Positions 37,301 through 51,191 of a stretch of 64,000 bases of DNA are shown here, one piece after another. Within the stretch, counting starts at the first letter, position 1; each line of letters opens with the position of its first letter. The translations under genes were made by a program, and so were the position numbers. The stretch is from Anolis carolinensis (lineage: Eukaryota): positions 191,441,574 to 191,505,573 of the forward strand of contig NC_085841.1 of NCBI RefSeq assembly GCF_035594765.1, read 5' to 3'. Below the pieces are notes generated by a model that saw only the letters and a program-made list of their open reading frames with translations, did not search any database and was not told the DNA's origin.

Positions 37301-40254
37301 TCTCAGTTTTTTGTACCACTTCATGTCTGACATAGGCACAAACAATTTGATATTCTGATCTTCTTCAAGAGCAGCATGTCTGCGAGGCTCTGGGATCTCA
37401 TAAGGCATTCGGAGTCTCTTTTCTTCTTTAACTTCTTCCCTTTTGATTTCATATTCACCTTTGACAGTCTTTGTGCTTACAGCTGGTTTATACATGATGG
37501 CAGCTTGCCTTAGAGCTTCTTGGGCAACTTGTGTCAGGGGAACAGATTCTGTCCTAGAAAGGATTTCTGCCATCCTCACTGTCTTGTCAATTCTCTTCTG
37601 CACATGCATTTGCCTCTCCTCTTCTGTCTCATATGCACGCTTGACATATTTCACACGCTCTACTTTCAAGTAGGCCTGGCAGCTTGTGGATCCAGCATCA
37701 TTTGTAGCAGTAACTCTGTAATAACCACTGTCTTCTGGTAAAGTGTCCCTGATGTGCAAAGCATAGTAATCCAATCCTTCATGCACAATTTCAATGTTGG
37801 GGCTAGCTGATAGAGGCTGACCATCTTTTTCCCATTTTAGTGTTGGTTTTGGGGTACCAGATACTCTTATCTCAAAGCAGATGCTTTGGCCTTCTTGGCA
37901 TTCTGCGTTTGCCAGAAGCCTCTTGAACATGGGTCTCAGGGTGGATGCTTCTGGAGGAGCATGCTGAACAACAGTTAGCTTAGCTTTGCAGCTGTCCTCA
38001 CCATATTTGTTGCGTGCCAACACAGTATATTCTGCATCATCATCTTCAGTAACATTATGGATGAGAAGCTGATAAAGACCTTTATCAGTTTCAAAGGTGT
38101 ATTTTCTGTCATCATCTCCTGGCTTGATCTTCTGACCTGATTTGAACCATGTTACACGAGGTTCTGGGTGAACTGTTATAGTTACTCCAAATCTAACATT
38201 TTCACCAGTGTAGGCTGTCCGGTTGTAAAGAGGAAGAGTAAATTCTGGTGGCCTTTCCAAAAGTCTCATAGTATCCACTCGGCGCTTGACCTTTTTGACA
38301 GTTCTGCATCTGTAGTAGTCAGATACTTCTCTCACACCTTTGACAAATAGTTCTGCATAGGAACTAGCCTCTCCATAGTCATTTACAACTTTGCACCTGT
38401 AAGTACCATCATCTGATTTAGCAATATCTTTAACATACATGGTGGCCACTCCTTCATGGTAGGTGATTTCATATTTTTCACTGCTCTCCAACTGCCGAAC
38501 TCCAAAATACCAGGTTACTTCTGTGGATGAGTCATAATTTTCAATTTTGCAGACATATTTGGCATGTCCACCTTCTTCAGCAACAGCATGCATTATCTGC
38601 CCAGTAATGGGTCCAATTTCAATTGATGCCACTTTAACTTTAGCCACAGTAACACCTTTCTGAGATCTGATTGCACCACCCCATGAAACACGGGCTACTG
38701 ACACAACCGTATTCCATTCCTTCTTCACCAATGTTTGGTAATAACGCCTGTGTCTCAGTGTTTTGATTACTTTAGTGCTGGTCTTCTCTGTCCTCTGTTT
38801 CAACCAAGTGTGTTCAAGGGCTTCTGTAGCAGTCATACGAGATTTCCTTTCTTTTACTAGCAGACGGTCAATAAAGTCTAAGGCCTCAATACTAATATCT
38901 TTGAAGGCTTCATCATCAAAGTTGTATTCAGCGCTGATGATATTTTCAATTGTCTGTTGGTTTGTTTCTGCAATGAAAGGATTAAGACCACTTAAAAGTA
39001 CATAAACTAGAGTTCCAATTGACCACATATCAGTGGCTGTGCTGACCAGGTCGTGCTGATGGACTTCGGGTCCATAATATTCAGGAGAAGTAAACTGGAG
39101 TCTGAAACTATCACCAGGTTTTAACTGTCTTGCCTGACCAAATTCAATTATTTTTATTATAGAGCTCCTTCTTGTGAAATAAATAATGTTCTCTGGCCTG
39201 ATGTCAAAGTGTCCAATGCTGTGACTGTGTAGGAATTCAACTGCTTCACAGAGTTGACGTACATAGCTGACAATTTCCCTTTCATTAAGTTCAAAGGCAG
39301 GGGTATTAAGTCTTTCAAAGATGTCAACTCCAGAAATGAACTCGGAGATCATGATCAATTCTTCTAGGCTTTCAAATGATTCATGGAGGTATAGAACATT
39401 TCTATGCCTAGCGATGTTTAAGATGGAGATTTCTTTCTTTACTAGCACTTGATCAGCACCCTTTACTTTGACAAACTTGGCCAAGTAAGTCTTCTTTGTA
39501 GCTGTCTCTACACACCGGTGGGCAATTCCAAACTGCCCACGTCCAAGTTCTTCAGCAATCATATATCTGTCATAGAGTTCCTTTGTAGAAGAGTGAGATG
39601 CTTTTGCTGCAGTGACTTCTCTGGATTCATCAACTTCTTCATCATAATTGACTGATCTGGTCTTATCTTCCTTTGTTATGACAGGATCTGTAGGTTCAGA
39701 AGCCTGGCTCTGGCCAAATTTGTTTTCTGCTATAACTCTGAATACATAGCTTGTCTTGCCAAATAGGTTTACCACAGGGTACCGTGTGTCACGAGCTTGA
39801 CCCACACGGATCCATCTCTCAGCTGTGGTAGCACGTTTCTCAACTGTGTAGTGGGTAACTTTGCTTCCGCCATCGCTAGCCGGAGCATTCCATGTTAGAT
39901 TGACAGAGTCTCTTGAAATCTCGCTTGCTTTCAGTCCCCTTGGCGGGTCAGGTACATCAGCTACATCCAGCTCCACTGTTTTCTGGTCAATTCCAAATCT
40001 GTTTTTGGCACAGACAATGTAGAAGCCTGCATCTTGTCTGTCTACACCATTAGGGAAGACAAGAGATGTGAATGATCGTGTGACAATAACTTGATAGTGT
40101 CCGTTGGTATCAATGAGATCTTGGCCTTTCTGCCATGTGATCACTGGATCGGGCTTGCCACTGAATGGTATTTTGATGCTGACAACTTCACCACGGAGAG
40201 CATGAACAGCTCCCATTCCTTCAAGATTTTTAGGCAGGTGGATCTTAGCAGGAA
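34322..40254 (-). CDS. TTN: TTN giant M-band exon: Ig, Fn3, titin kinase, M1-M6, is2, KSP repeats, M8 and N-terminal half of M9 (no M7)
   Basis: Continuous ORF; ctgcag acceptor at 40255 and gtaagt donor at 34321; kinase ~38790-39575 with HFD and EFG. Confidence 0.95.
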
Positions 40255-40911
40255 CTGCAGAACAGAAACACACAATGACATAAAGGAAGAATTAAAATGA
40301 GCAAAAACAACTTCTTCAAAAGCATTAAACATTGTTTTAAATAGGAAAAACACGATTTAGACTGGTTTGAGCATTTGTCATGCACTAGACTAATGTTTGA
40401 GACTGATTACTTGGCATAAGCTCTGTCTACAGCTGTACAGTAAATTGAGCAGAAAACATTTATATGACAAATTTTTGGAATAATTAAAATCATACTAATA
40501 GTATAATTATTCATTGAGTATGGCTTTTACTATTTTTTTTCTGACAAAAGCTGCAACAAAATCTTCTATCAATGTGGCAGACATACAGACATATTTATGT
40601 AACCTAGGATTTCTGCATTTTTCTGTTATTACATGTTGGAAGCTATCTTGTGAGTCTTGATGTTAAAATGTAACCGAAAGTGCCTACATGAATACATACA
40701 CTTTTTGCAATTATTACGTTTTCATAGATTGAGAATCTATATATCCTAGTATCATTGCTTTCGTCAAGGCTTCAAGGCTTGTCATCATCAGATATTTTGA
40801 AAAAATTAAGAAAATATTCTCAGCATAGGGAGGCTTTTTTAGTTCATATACCTACGCTGTATGAAAAGTTAAATAATTATTAATGTTGGTATAGCAAAGC
40901 ATTGTGCTTAC

Positions 40912-41505
40912 CTTCAACATCCAAGGAGGCAGTACCAGACACTGACCCTCCTTGGTTGGTTGCTCTCACTTGATATACAGTGGCATCATCATCTGTTACA
41001 TCTGTAATGACCAGTTGGTGATATCCACCCTTAAATTCTTGTATCTTCACTTTCTCCCCATCAGGCATAATCTCCTTGCCTTGCCTAAACCATTTTACAA
41101 TGGGCTTAGGATGACCGGTGACTTTGCAAACAAAAGTAGCATGACCCCGGAATCTCACATTCAGGTTTCTGATTTCTTCCTTGAAATGTGGTGCCTGAAT
41201 TGGTACATCAGATCTAGGCGTGATTGGTTCTGAAATGTCACTCCATTCGCTTTCACCACCTAGATTTTCACATTTTACACGGAACTCATATTCAAGGCCT
41301 TCAATAAGACCTGTGGCGGAATAGACAGTTTCACGGATTTCTTCTGTTGTTACGGCAATCCATTTGTTTTGCTTCTTCTCACGTTTCTCCAGGTAGTAAT
41401 TTCTAATCTTTGAGCCTCCATCACTAGCAGGTGGCTTCCAAGATACCACACAAGAATCTGCAGTCACTGCAGATGCAACTGGCCGTGTTGGCTGGCCTGG
41501 TTTTT
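40912..41505 (-). CDS. TTN: TTN exon (Fn3 plus Ig)
   Basis: KPGQPTRP..ASLDVE; GT-AG. Confidence 0.93.
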
Positions 41506-41595
41506 CTGTAAAGAAGAATATGTACAAGGATGTGACATTTCTCTGCTTTGTTGAACTGACGTTAAACAGAAACATGGATTGTGCAGTGTACTTAC

Positions 41596-41901
41596 CAAAT
41601 GGAGTCTTGATAACAACAACAGATGAAACCTCTAATGCCTCACTGATGCCAAAAGTGTTCTGAGCAAAGACACGGAAATAGTAGCCTGCATTTTCAATTA
41701 GGTTAACAATTCTACAGGTTGTGCCAGAAATGCTTGAAGATACTAGCTGCCACTCTGTGCCTTCTTTTGCTTCTCTTTTCTCTACAATATAGTTTGTTAT
41801 TAAGGCACCTCCGTCATCTCCAGGTGGCTTCCAACTGATGACTACAGAGTTCTTCAGCAATGCTTCAATAACAATTGGCTCTGTTGGTTTATCTGGCTTA
41901 T
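41596..41901 (-). CDS. TTN: TTN exon (Fn3)
   Basis: KPDKPTEPI..KTPF; GT-AG. Confidence 0.93.
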
Positions 41902-41991
41902 CTGTGAAATAGGAAAGACAATATTTTAACTTATGTGCCAAAACATATATTGAACCCTATGATTTTTGAATAATGGAAAAACAATACTTAC

Positions 41992-42567
41992 CTTGTATTT
42001 CCACATTGAGTGTGGTGTCAACTGTTCCAAATATGTTACTAAGTTGGACTTTGTACTTTCCTGAGTGGGCTTTATGTTGTACATTTTTAATGACAAGGTG
42101 GGTATAATGCTCTGTGTTCTCAATAGTAATATTTTCTCCACTCTTCAAAGGTTTCTTGCCATGGAACCAAGTGATGGCAGGTACTGGACGACCAATGTAT
42201 ACAATATGAATGCGGAGAGTGGAACCTACACCTGCACAGTATTTCTCTTTCAATGGGAAACCTGGATGGAATTGTGGAGGAGCTTGCAATAAGAGCTTGC
42301 CGCTCGTTTCAATCTCTCCAACATCATTGACAGCCTTGCAAGTGTAAAGTCCTTCATCGTCTTGCTCCTCTGTAAGAACAGTAAGTGTATGGGTGCGTCC
42401 ATCTGATGACGTTTTGTATTTTCTGCTCTGTACCAGTTCCTTGCCAAAACGGTACCATTTTATATCAGGAAGAGGTCTCCCAACAATCTGGCATGATAAC
42501 TGAGCTGGTTCACCCAGATTGGTAGTGACATCCTTCATTTCTTGTCTTATTCCAGGTGCTTCACCAG
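41992..42567 (-). CDS. TTN: TTN exon (two Ig)
   Basis: GEAPGIRQEM..NVEIQ; GT-AG. Confidence 0.93.
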
Positions 42568-42979
42568 CTGTGTTTATAAAAAGAGGGAAGGGCGAAATAT
42601 AAGTGAAATCTTCCCACATTGTTTTAATTGAATAATGCCATATTTAGTTTTGTTAGCACTGGAAGGTGAAAGAACATATTTTTTTCATTGTGTCTTATTG
42701 ACTAGAGTAAATACACTAAAGTAAAGCATCATATTTATCATATGTTTTGCCATCTTTAACAAAATGTGCTCAAGTTAGTTTGCACAGTAAAGGATGCTAA
42801 AACAACATTTTAATGCTTGTTGTAAGTTTTTTAATTGTTTTATTTGATCTCTTAATTGGGTTTTTATATCGGGATATGATGCTTTAATTGATTATGTATT
42901 GCTGTCTAATGTATTTGTATGAATTTTATATGTTGTATGCCGCTTTGAATTCCACCTATGGAAGAAAAGCGGGATAGAA

Positions 42980-43258
42980 TTTTTTTTTTTTCGTGTTAGG
43001 AACAACCGGAGTTGCTTCTGGAGTGAGAGAATTGGCCGTCTGCAAGGACGTTGCCCAGGGGACGGCCGGATGTTGTTTTTTTTTTATGTTTTACCATTTT
43101 TGTGGGAGGCTTCTCTCATGTCCCTGCTTGGTGCTGGAGCTGATAGAGGGAGCTCATCCACACTCTTCCCGGGTGGGATTCGAACCTGGCAGCCTTCAGG
43201 TCAGCAACCCAACCTTCAAGTCACAAGGCTTTTATCCCCTAGGCCACTGGAGGCTCCG
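42980..43258 (-). mobile_element. tRNA-derived SINE (Anolis SINE2-like) in a TTN intron
   Basis: B-box ggttcgaatccc on the - strand, polyA tail, TSD gggatagaa. Confidence 0.8.
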
Positions 43259-43668
43259 GGGATAGAAATGAATAAATAATAATAATATTGCAACATAAAT
43301 TTTAAAAGCCTTGTAAAATTCAGAACAGTAATATTCTAAATTTCATGGAAGAAGAGACACGTCTTTGTTAGGGATCAAAAAGATAACATTTGGAGTATTC
43401 GGTGGATATTATTGAGAAGGACATTCCATAAAAGTGGTGCTACAGTTGACCAACCCCTGCAGAAGCACCCAAAGGAGGGACTTTGAAGAGGTTCTACAAA
43501 TCTGGGCAAATATGTATAGAATATTATCTTGAAATTGAAAAACTACTTGAGCTCTACAAAGACAACCAAACGTTTATTTATATACTATGCTACTCATTTA
43601 TTACAACATGTGGATGGTTTCAAAGACAAGGTAAAACACAATGCTTACGGATTAATATTTCAACTTAC

Positions 43669-43968
43669 ATGTTAATTTTGTCTTAACAGTCATTGCTGTT
43701 CTACGAGGCCTGCCAATTCCAGTTTCATTTTCTGCAAATACTCTAAATTCGTATTCTGTCGCTTCCAGTAAGCCTCCCATTATGAACTGCCGGTCTTTGT
43801 TGCGTTCTTTATTGCACTTTTTCCAGGCAGTCTCTCCAGACTGGCGATATTCAATCCAATATCCAATGATATCTTTGCCACCATCACATTCAGGGCGCTC
43901 CCATTCTAAAGTAATGCTATCCTTAGATATTGATGTGATCTCAATTTCTCCAGGCTGGCTTGGTTTGT
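43669..43968 (-). CDS. TTN: TTN exon (Fn3)
   Basis: KPSQPGEIEITSISKDSITLEWERPECDGG..KTKLT; GT-AG; absent from the ORF track. Confidence 0.92.
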
Positions 43969-44066
43969 CTGCAAAATTTCAAAATGTATTATTTTTGTAA
44001 ATAGTTGAAGCTCAGCTTTTCATCCAATTTCATTTTGATATGCTCTACAGAATTACATGTACTTAC

Positions 44067-44372
44067 CAAATGGATCCTTGCACACAACAGGTTCAGAAGC
44101 AGGGCTAGGCTCACCCTCACCAATATCATTTTGGGCTACAATTCGGAACTGGTATTCGGCATCTGGAACCAGTCCTGTGACAGTATACATGGTGGTTGTG
44201 ATGTGAGTTTTGTTGTGCCTGACCCATTTCTCAGTAGATGTTTCTCTGCGTTCTATATAGTAGCCAGTGACACGAGAACCGCCATCATCTCTTGGTCTGG
44301 ACCAAGACAAGCTAATGGAGCTCTTTGTGACATCAAGTATTTCTGGTGGGTAACTTGGAGGCTCTGGAGGAT
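44067..44372 (-). CDS. TTN: TTN exon (Fn3)
   Basis: PPEPPSYPPE..CKDPF; GT-AG. Confidence 0.92.
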
Positions 44373-44384
44373 CTGTTGAAAAAA

Positions 44385-44425
<41 letters not shown>

Positions 44426-45056
44426 CATCATCATCATCATCATCAACTTTATTTTTACCTTGCCTTTCTGTCCGTGAGGAGTGATGTTGGCTAACAAACA
44501 CACAATCTTAGACAATATAAAATAAATATCAAAATTAAAATACAATTAAATATTAGTGTATAGATATTAACCAAACCAGTGTGGTTTGAAGTGCAAGAAA
44601 TCCAGGCATAACTTTCCCTTTAGCTATAAAGCTCAATAAGTTAAGTGATTATGTCTTTACCTTACTTGAGGCACAGGTTTGTTGTAAGCAAAAGGTGAAT
44701 AACTCTGACATTTTTGGAGGATGACTAAAATAAAGATATGAGTTGGCATCCTGTTCAGGATTTATGATGTTTTAAACTAAACTTACAACTTGTAAATTTT
44801 GCATTTCACATTTGCAGTCATTATTATACTATTGCACCATGGCTCATTGACAGGGGTTGACTGGATATGTCATTCTCCAGTGCCCTGTTTGCCAGTAACT
44901 TATTAGTCCTTCGAGTGGTACAACTGCCTGGCTAATATGGGTTGAATCAGAAGGCAAACTATAGCTACATCATCATAGTTACATGCCCCATAATAGATCT
45001 TAGTCGTCCTTTTCCCCTTCTGTATGCAAATAAAGAAAGCTGAAATGTGTACGTAC

Positions 45057-45641
45057 GCAAAGGTGTCTTTGGCACAACTGGTTCTTCAGATTTGAGAGAC
45101 TTGCTTACACCAAACTGGTTTTCAGCGCAAACACGGAAGTGATATTCCACATTTTCTTTTAGTCCTTTCACTACTAATGATGTACCCTTTACTCTGGAAT
45201 CAACAGTGTACCAGGCAGTCTTTGGTACTTCTCGCCTCTCAACAATGTAACCTAGTAGATCGGCGCCACCATCATCAGTTGGCGATTTCCAGCTGACTCT
45301 TACAGAGCGTGCTTGGATGTCATCATACTCTAGTGGCCCTTCTGGTGGATTTGGAGTGCCAATCACTCTGACCTTGATGTAAACAACCTTCTTGCCACAT
45401 TTGTTTTCAAGCGTCAAATCATAGGTACCAGAATCTTCTCTTTCTGCATCTTTTATCACAAGTTCAGTATGTGATTCAGAAGTGGCAATCATGGCTCTCT
45501 TGATGACGTCATGGCCTTCTTTAGTCCATTTGCAAATTGGGAGTGGTTTACCTTTAATTGGCACTGTAAGCTTAATTACCCCACCTTGTCTTACAAATAC
45601 ACCTTCCAGATATTTTTCACTAAGTTCATAATCAGGAAATT
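45057..45641 (-). CDS. TTN: TTN exon (Ig plus Fn3)
   Basis: FPDYELSEK..PKTPL; GT-AG. Confidence 0.92.
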
Positions 45642-45740
45642 CTGTAAAGAAGAAAAATGTTACACGTTGAATACATGAAAGGTTAAGTAGCATTCTTCAT
45701 TCATTTTCTTCATGAAGAATTCATAATTAAAGTGTCTTAC

Positions 45741-46043
45741 CAAGCATTTCAGTCACTTTAGCTACTCCTGGGACTTCAGCAGGTTCACCGGGACCACCAG
45801 CATTACAAGCCATGACACGGAACCTATATTCTGCCCCTTGTGGAAGATGTGTCAGTGTGTATTCACGGATCTTGGTTGGAGTTGTGTTGCATTTGGTCCA
45901 TTCAAACTGATCAACTTTTTGCATTTCAATCAAATAGCCAGTCACTTTGGACCCGCCTTCATCTTCTGGTGGACTCCAAGCCAGGGAAATAGATGTTCTT
46001 GTTGTATCTGTAACTCTTGGATTTTGAGGTTTGCCTGGGGGAG
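45741..46043 (-). CDS. TTN: TTN exon (Fn3)
   Basis: PPGKPQNPR..VTEML; GT-AG. Confidence 0.92.
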
Positions 46044-46234
46044 CTGGAACATGGGATCAGAGCAGAGTCATAACATATTGAAATACACTAATTAAATATA
46101 TTTGAATCGTTTTGCTGTCTGAAATTAATAAAATAACATTGTCGACCATTTCTCAAGTATTTTCTTGATATATGATTAAACAAGAAATAAATCTCTCCAT
46201 CTAGTGTACAGTATGAATACAGGACATTACTTAC

Positions 46235-46537
46235 CAATTGGATCCATAGCAACTGCAGGTTTGGAAGCTCTGCTTGGCTTGCCAGTGCCCCTAGCATTGA
46301 TCGCTGTTACACGGTGTTCATACTCTAGTCCTTCAACCAATCCGGTAGATCGGTAGCGCGTCATAGTGACCGGAATTTTATTGACACGGACCCATCTATC
46401 TGATCTGACTTCTTTGCGTTCCACGATATAACCAGTGATTGGTGAACCACCATCTTCTTCTGGTGGATACCAAGTAAGTGTCATTCCATCACGGGAGATA
46501 TCAAACACTTCTGGGGTACCAGGAAGATCAGGAAGAC
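46235..46537 (-). CDS. TTN: TTN exon (Fn3)
   Basis: LPDLPGTPEV..AMDPI; GT-AG. Confidence 0.92.
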
Positions 46538-46740
46538 CTACATTTCAAAAAGTATGGGAGGGAGAATGTACAATCATGCTTCAGTAATAATACTCAGGTG
46601 CTGCATTGTTTTACAAATACATTATTGGTTGTCAGGATTCAATCTTTTTAAACAAATGAATATCAGAATATCATGACTATTTTGAAAGAAATGTGTGTCA
46701 ATATAAACTAGTGTAGAGGACTAGGAACAAATTTACTTAC

Positions 46741-47040
46741 TGATTCTGCTTTTGCATTCTACGATTTCAGACTGTAGGTATGAACCAATTCCAAAGCGGT
46801 TGGTAGCAGCCACACGGAACACATATTCAGTACCCTCAGTGAGTTTAGTAAACTTAAAGGTTGTTCGAGTTACAGATTCAGACACTGGTAGCCATCCTGG
46901 ACGGTGAGCATCCCGTTGTTCAACTACATAGCCACTTAATGTAGCACCACCATCCATCTCTGGTGGTTCCCAGGAAATAGTTACAAAAGTTGAGTCAATA
47001 TCAACAACTTTAATAGGCCCAGTTGGTGGTCCAGGTTTGT
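46741..47040 (-). CDS. TTN: TTN exon (Fn3)
   Basis: KPGPPTGP..CKSRI; GT-AG. Confidence 0.92.
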
Positions 47041-47164
47041 CTGTTAAAAAGAGAAGAAGAGATGTAAGTAAATAATAGTAAGAGCATAGTCAGCATATCT
47101 GAATTTAGGGGGAAACAGTGCAAGAAAAATATTGGATAATTATATCTCCAAAACAAATTCTTAC

Positions 47165-47452
47165 CAAGAATAATGACTTTTATTTTTTCAAGAGCAGTTC
47201 CAGTTGTATTCTTCAGTTCAAGTGTGTACTCCCCAGTATCATGTATTGTGGTTTCACGTATGGTTAGTTTAGCTGTCTTAGCAACTGTTTCAACCTTGAC
47301 GCGTTCGGATTCTCTTAGTTTAGAGCCAGCAAAGAACCAAGACACTGCTGGAGGTGGTCTTCCAGAAATTGGAATATTTAGTTCTATAGGCCTGCCAGCT
47401 GGTACATGAACAGTCTTTTGAGGTATTCCAGCAAGATCAATTGCAGGTAAAA
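47165..47452 (-). CDS. TTN: TTN exon (Ig)
   Basis: LPAIDLAGIP..KVIIL; GT-AG. Confidence 0.92.
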
Positions 47453-47553
47453 CTAGGAAGAAGAAAGGAAACTCAATATGATACCAATCCTTGTGAGCTA
47501 CTTATCAACAATTTCAATAATGTTTTGGCTTTCTTTATCATTATGACTCTTAC

Positions 47554-48147
47554 CTTTTTGTTCTTGTACTGTCACTGCTGTGACTACTTCTCTTGGTTCA
47601 GACACGCCCTTCTGGTTTTGTGCTCTCACTCTAAACAAGTATTGTTCACCTTCATTTAATGATATTATTGTGTGTTCTAAGACTGTGGGTTTCAGTGTTA
47701 CAACCTTCATCCATCTTTCAGTTCCAGCTTTACTAGCCTCAATTACATAGCCAGTTAATCTGCTGCCACCGTCATGCTGTGGTTTTTCCCATGCAAGTGA
47801 TACAGTAGATTTTGTAGTATCAACCACCTCCAGTTTCTGGGGCACACTTGGAACCTCTGACACCAGTACAGCATCTGAGGTCTCACAGGGTTCACCAATA
47901 CCATAGATGTTTTCTGGAAGCACTCGGAAATAGTATCTAGCACCTTCAATGAGTCCAGAAATTCGATAAAAGGTTTTGCTGCATTTAGTAGTTACTGTCT
48001 TGTAAGCTCTCATAGCAGCTTCACGTTTTTCTATGATGTAGTTGTTGACGGGAGCACCACCATCAATAGCAGGAATATCCCAAGTAATTGTCACAGACTC
48101 TTTTGAGACCTCTTTGACTCTCACTGCTGCTGGTGGGCCAGGTGTAT
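47554..48147 (-). CDS. TTN: TTN exon (two Fn3)
   Basis: TPGPPAAV..VQEQK; GT-AG. Confidence 0.92.
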
Positions 48148-48540
48148 CTGCAGTGGAGAAAAGCAAAACATTGCCATTTTTTGTATATGCATTTCTTTTC
48201 CTGTACTACTCAAATCTCACAGACTTTTATTGCTCCTGGAACCAGTTGCTATGCTATTATGTTGCTTTCCTCTTACTTTCTCTCTCCCTCCTTCTCTTTT
48301 TCTACTGTTCACTTAGCTCTCATATTGCTTAACTGTTGCCTGATCTTTTCACATTACAAATCTGTTTTGCAAAATCTTTTAATTTCATTAATAACTATTG
48401 TGGCGACAATGACAACCACTACTATTTAAATAAGTTTTTGTAACATTTTTTTCATATCTGATGAAGTGCTACTTAGAAATATAGGCAAAGTAATAGGCAA
48501 GCTTCTTTCTGTAACAATAAAACCCCAAATGTGTACCTAC

Positions 48541-48822
48541 CATAGACTTTTACAATAATTGTTGCAGATTTCTTTCCTGATTGATTTTCGGCTTCAATGA
48601 CATATTTTCCAGCATCGTACCGGTTGACTTTATCCACTACTAAAAGTGTATAACTATCTGTGGTGTCAATAATTCCGCGGCTTGCCAAATCAACACCCTT
48701 CTTGTTCCATGTAATTATTGGTGGAGGTCTGCCAGTTACTGATACCATTAGACGTAAAGAACCACCAGCTCTAACAACAACAGTCTTCTTTAGATCCTCA
48801 GCAAGTTCAAGATCTGGTATTT
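48541..48822 (-). CDS. TTN: TTN exon (Ig)
   Basis: IPDLELAEDL..IVKVY; GT-AG. Confidence 0.92.
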
Positions 48823-48922
48823 CTGTGATGGAGAAGAAATATAAAATATTGTTTGAATACATCCATATAGATTTCTAAATTATAAATTGTCAATTATTAT
48901 AAATAATGAAGTTTGACATTAC

Positions 48923-49228
48923 CTAGTCTTTCTACAGGTTCTATTTCAGCAGATGACTCACTGTATTCACTCATGCCATTGATGTTGGTGGCAGCCACTC
49001 TAAAGCGGTATTTCTGGCTTATTTTAAGACCAGTCACAGTGAATTCAGGGTTCCTTAAGGTGGCAGTAGTATGGGCCCTATACCATTGTTCAGTACCTTC
49101 TTCTTTCATTTCAAGAACATAGCCTAATATGTCAACTCCGCCGTCATACATGGGTTTTGTCCATGCCAAGCTTATGCTGGTCTTAGTAGTGTCCACAATT
49201 CTTGGTGCTGAAGGTGCTGCTGGGGTGT
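48923..49228 (-). CDS. TTN: TTN exon (Fn3)
   Basis: TPAAPSAPR..PVERL; GT-AG. Confidence 0.92.
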
Positions 49229-50885
49229 CTTTGGAAAAAAAAAACATGTCTCATATTATTACAGTGAACAAATTACAAGTTGACACTTGAAAAAAATAAT
49301 CACTTTCAGCTTCCCACAATAAGTATGTCCTTGAGTTGAAATATAGTTCAGTTAAAACTGGTCTGTTAAGTATAGAATGTTTCAGTATAAATATTTTGAC
49401 TCAATGGAAATTAAGTTATGGTTTCTTTAACCTTTGGTATAAAAGGAAAATAATATTAGAATTATTGGGCCTGAGAGGGTCAGATAGTTATAATGTGGAT
49501 TTCTCTGTCCCAAAAGAGAAGCATTACATTTTTTTAAATCTGCATTTCCTCTTTTATCATTTAACTTATATAATCCTGTCTACTGTGGCTCTGAAAAAAG
49601 CAGGGAAAAATCTGTAGATCACATGACACTGTGCTACAGAAAAAATGCCCTCTACACAATATAACACCAAGGTCACTATTTTATTTAATTCAGTGAGAAA
49701 TTGTTTGGAATGCTAGTTATGAGTCTGAAGCAGAAACATTTTGTAGATTTCCCTTTCCTTGTTTCATTATATCTGTGTTGTTGTAGTCTCTGATAGAAAA
49801 GGACCTTCCCTTCATGGGAACTGTCCATATGCATTGTGTTTACTACTTCAATTGCCCAAAGCCATCTGGGCATAATAATAACTGTAGTCCAAAACATGTG
49901 GAGGGATTCAGGTTGAGGAAAACTATCCTAAAGCAAAGGCAATCCTTTAGCAGAGTATTTTGAAAAGAAGGCAAAATTCTGATCCAGTAGCTGCCAGTTA
50001 GAGCCCGGGAATAAAGAAAGTGCTCTTTCATATGTTTATATTGTTAGCACAATACTTAAGAATTTCTGAATCTGATACAGGTGTCAATTTCTATGATCCA
50101 GAATCCATATAATACACAACTGAGTGAGATGCAAATGCTGAAGTCAGACTGATAACTTGGTTGCAGGATCCATAAATCCAGTGCATAAGTGCATAAATCC
50201 TTGAAATATATATATATTAATATACACTATTTGTAGCTCTGGTGAATCCTCTAAAGCACATGTGTCAGGCTCTAAAGTCTGCGGGCTGAGTCGAGCCCGC
50301 CATTTAACTTTATGTGGCCCTCCAGATGCTGGACTACAAGTCCTGTATTCCTCATCATTAGACATGATGACTACAGCTGATGAAAGTTGTGACACAATAA
50401 CATATGGAAGACTGCACTTTGGTCTGTTTAATCAGGATAGTGAGGTTTGAATTGAGATACAAGACTTGTGGATATGTTGTCTGATCTGACTTTAAAATGT
50501 CCCTTTTTCTCTCCCAAACTGAGGTGGTGGTGAGCCACAACTGAGCCACACTGAGCCACAGGTGGTGTTGGTTTGCAATTCCCAGTATCCCTAGTTCTCA
50601 TGGTGGATAATCAAAACTGATTGGAGTTGAAATTCAATAACATCTGGGGACCCAAACTGGATAAAAACTAAACGCATTGACCACTATGTTAAAAAATATA
50701 GTTCGCCTCCTGTATCCATGGATTCTCTGTCTATGGATTCAATGGCCCTTTGAAGGCAACTGTAAGAGTAATGTGTCCCTTGATGAAAACGAGTTTGACA
50801 TCCCTGGTCTAAACAATAAATGTAATTGTTCCAAACCTTCCAAGACTGTTTATTGTGTAATAAATTATTAATTTCATGAACTTAC

Positions 50886-51191
50886 ATGATGGTTCTTTGC
50901 ACAAAATGTAGTGGGAGGCATCACTAGGCTCACTGTTACCAGCAGCATTTACAGCAGTGACACGGAATTGATATTCGCTGCCTTCCATTAAATTTGTAAC
51001 TTTTAGCCTTGTATCATAAATGGTGTAGTCTCTGTTAACCCGTGTCCAGCGTAGACTTTTCTTTTCCCGTTTGTCTACAAGATAGGTGCTGATTTCGTTA
51101 CCCCCATCAGACTCTGGTTTTTGCCACTGAATAATGATATGTTCTTTGCCAACTCCCACAGATTCAGGTACACCAGGAGGTGATGGAATAG
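50886..51191 (-). CDS. TTN: TTN exon (Fn3)
   Basis: IPSPPGVPE..CKEPS; GT-AG. Confidence 0.92.

Noticed and set aside
34061-40273. 2070-aa ORF as a standalone gene or single exon
   Set aside because: It is two TTN exons plus an in-frame 87-nt intron and intronic ends; splice sites and homology define the real boundaries.
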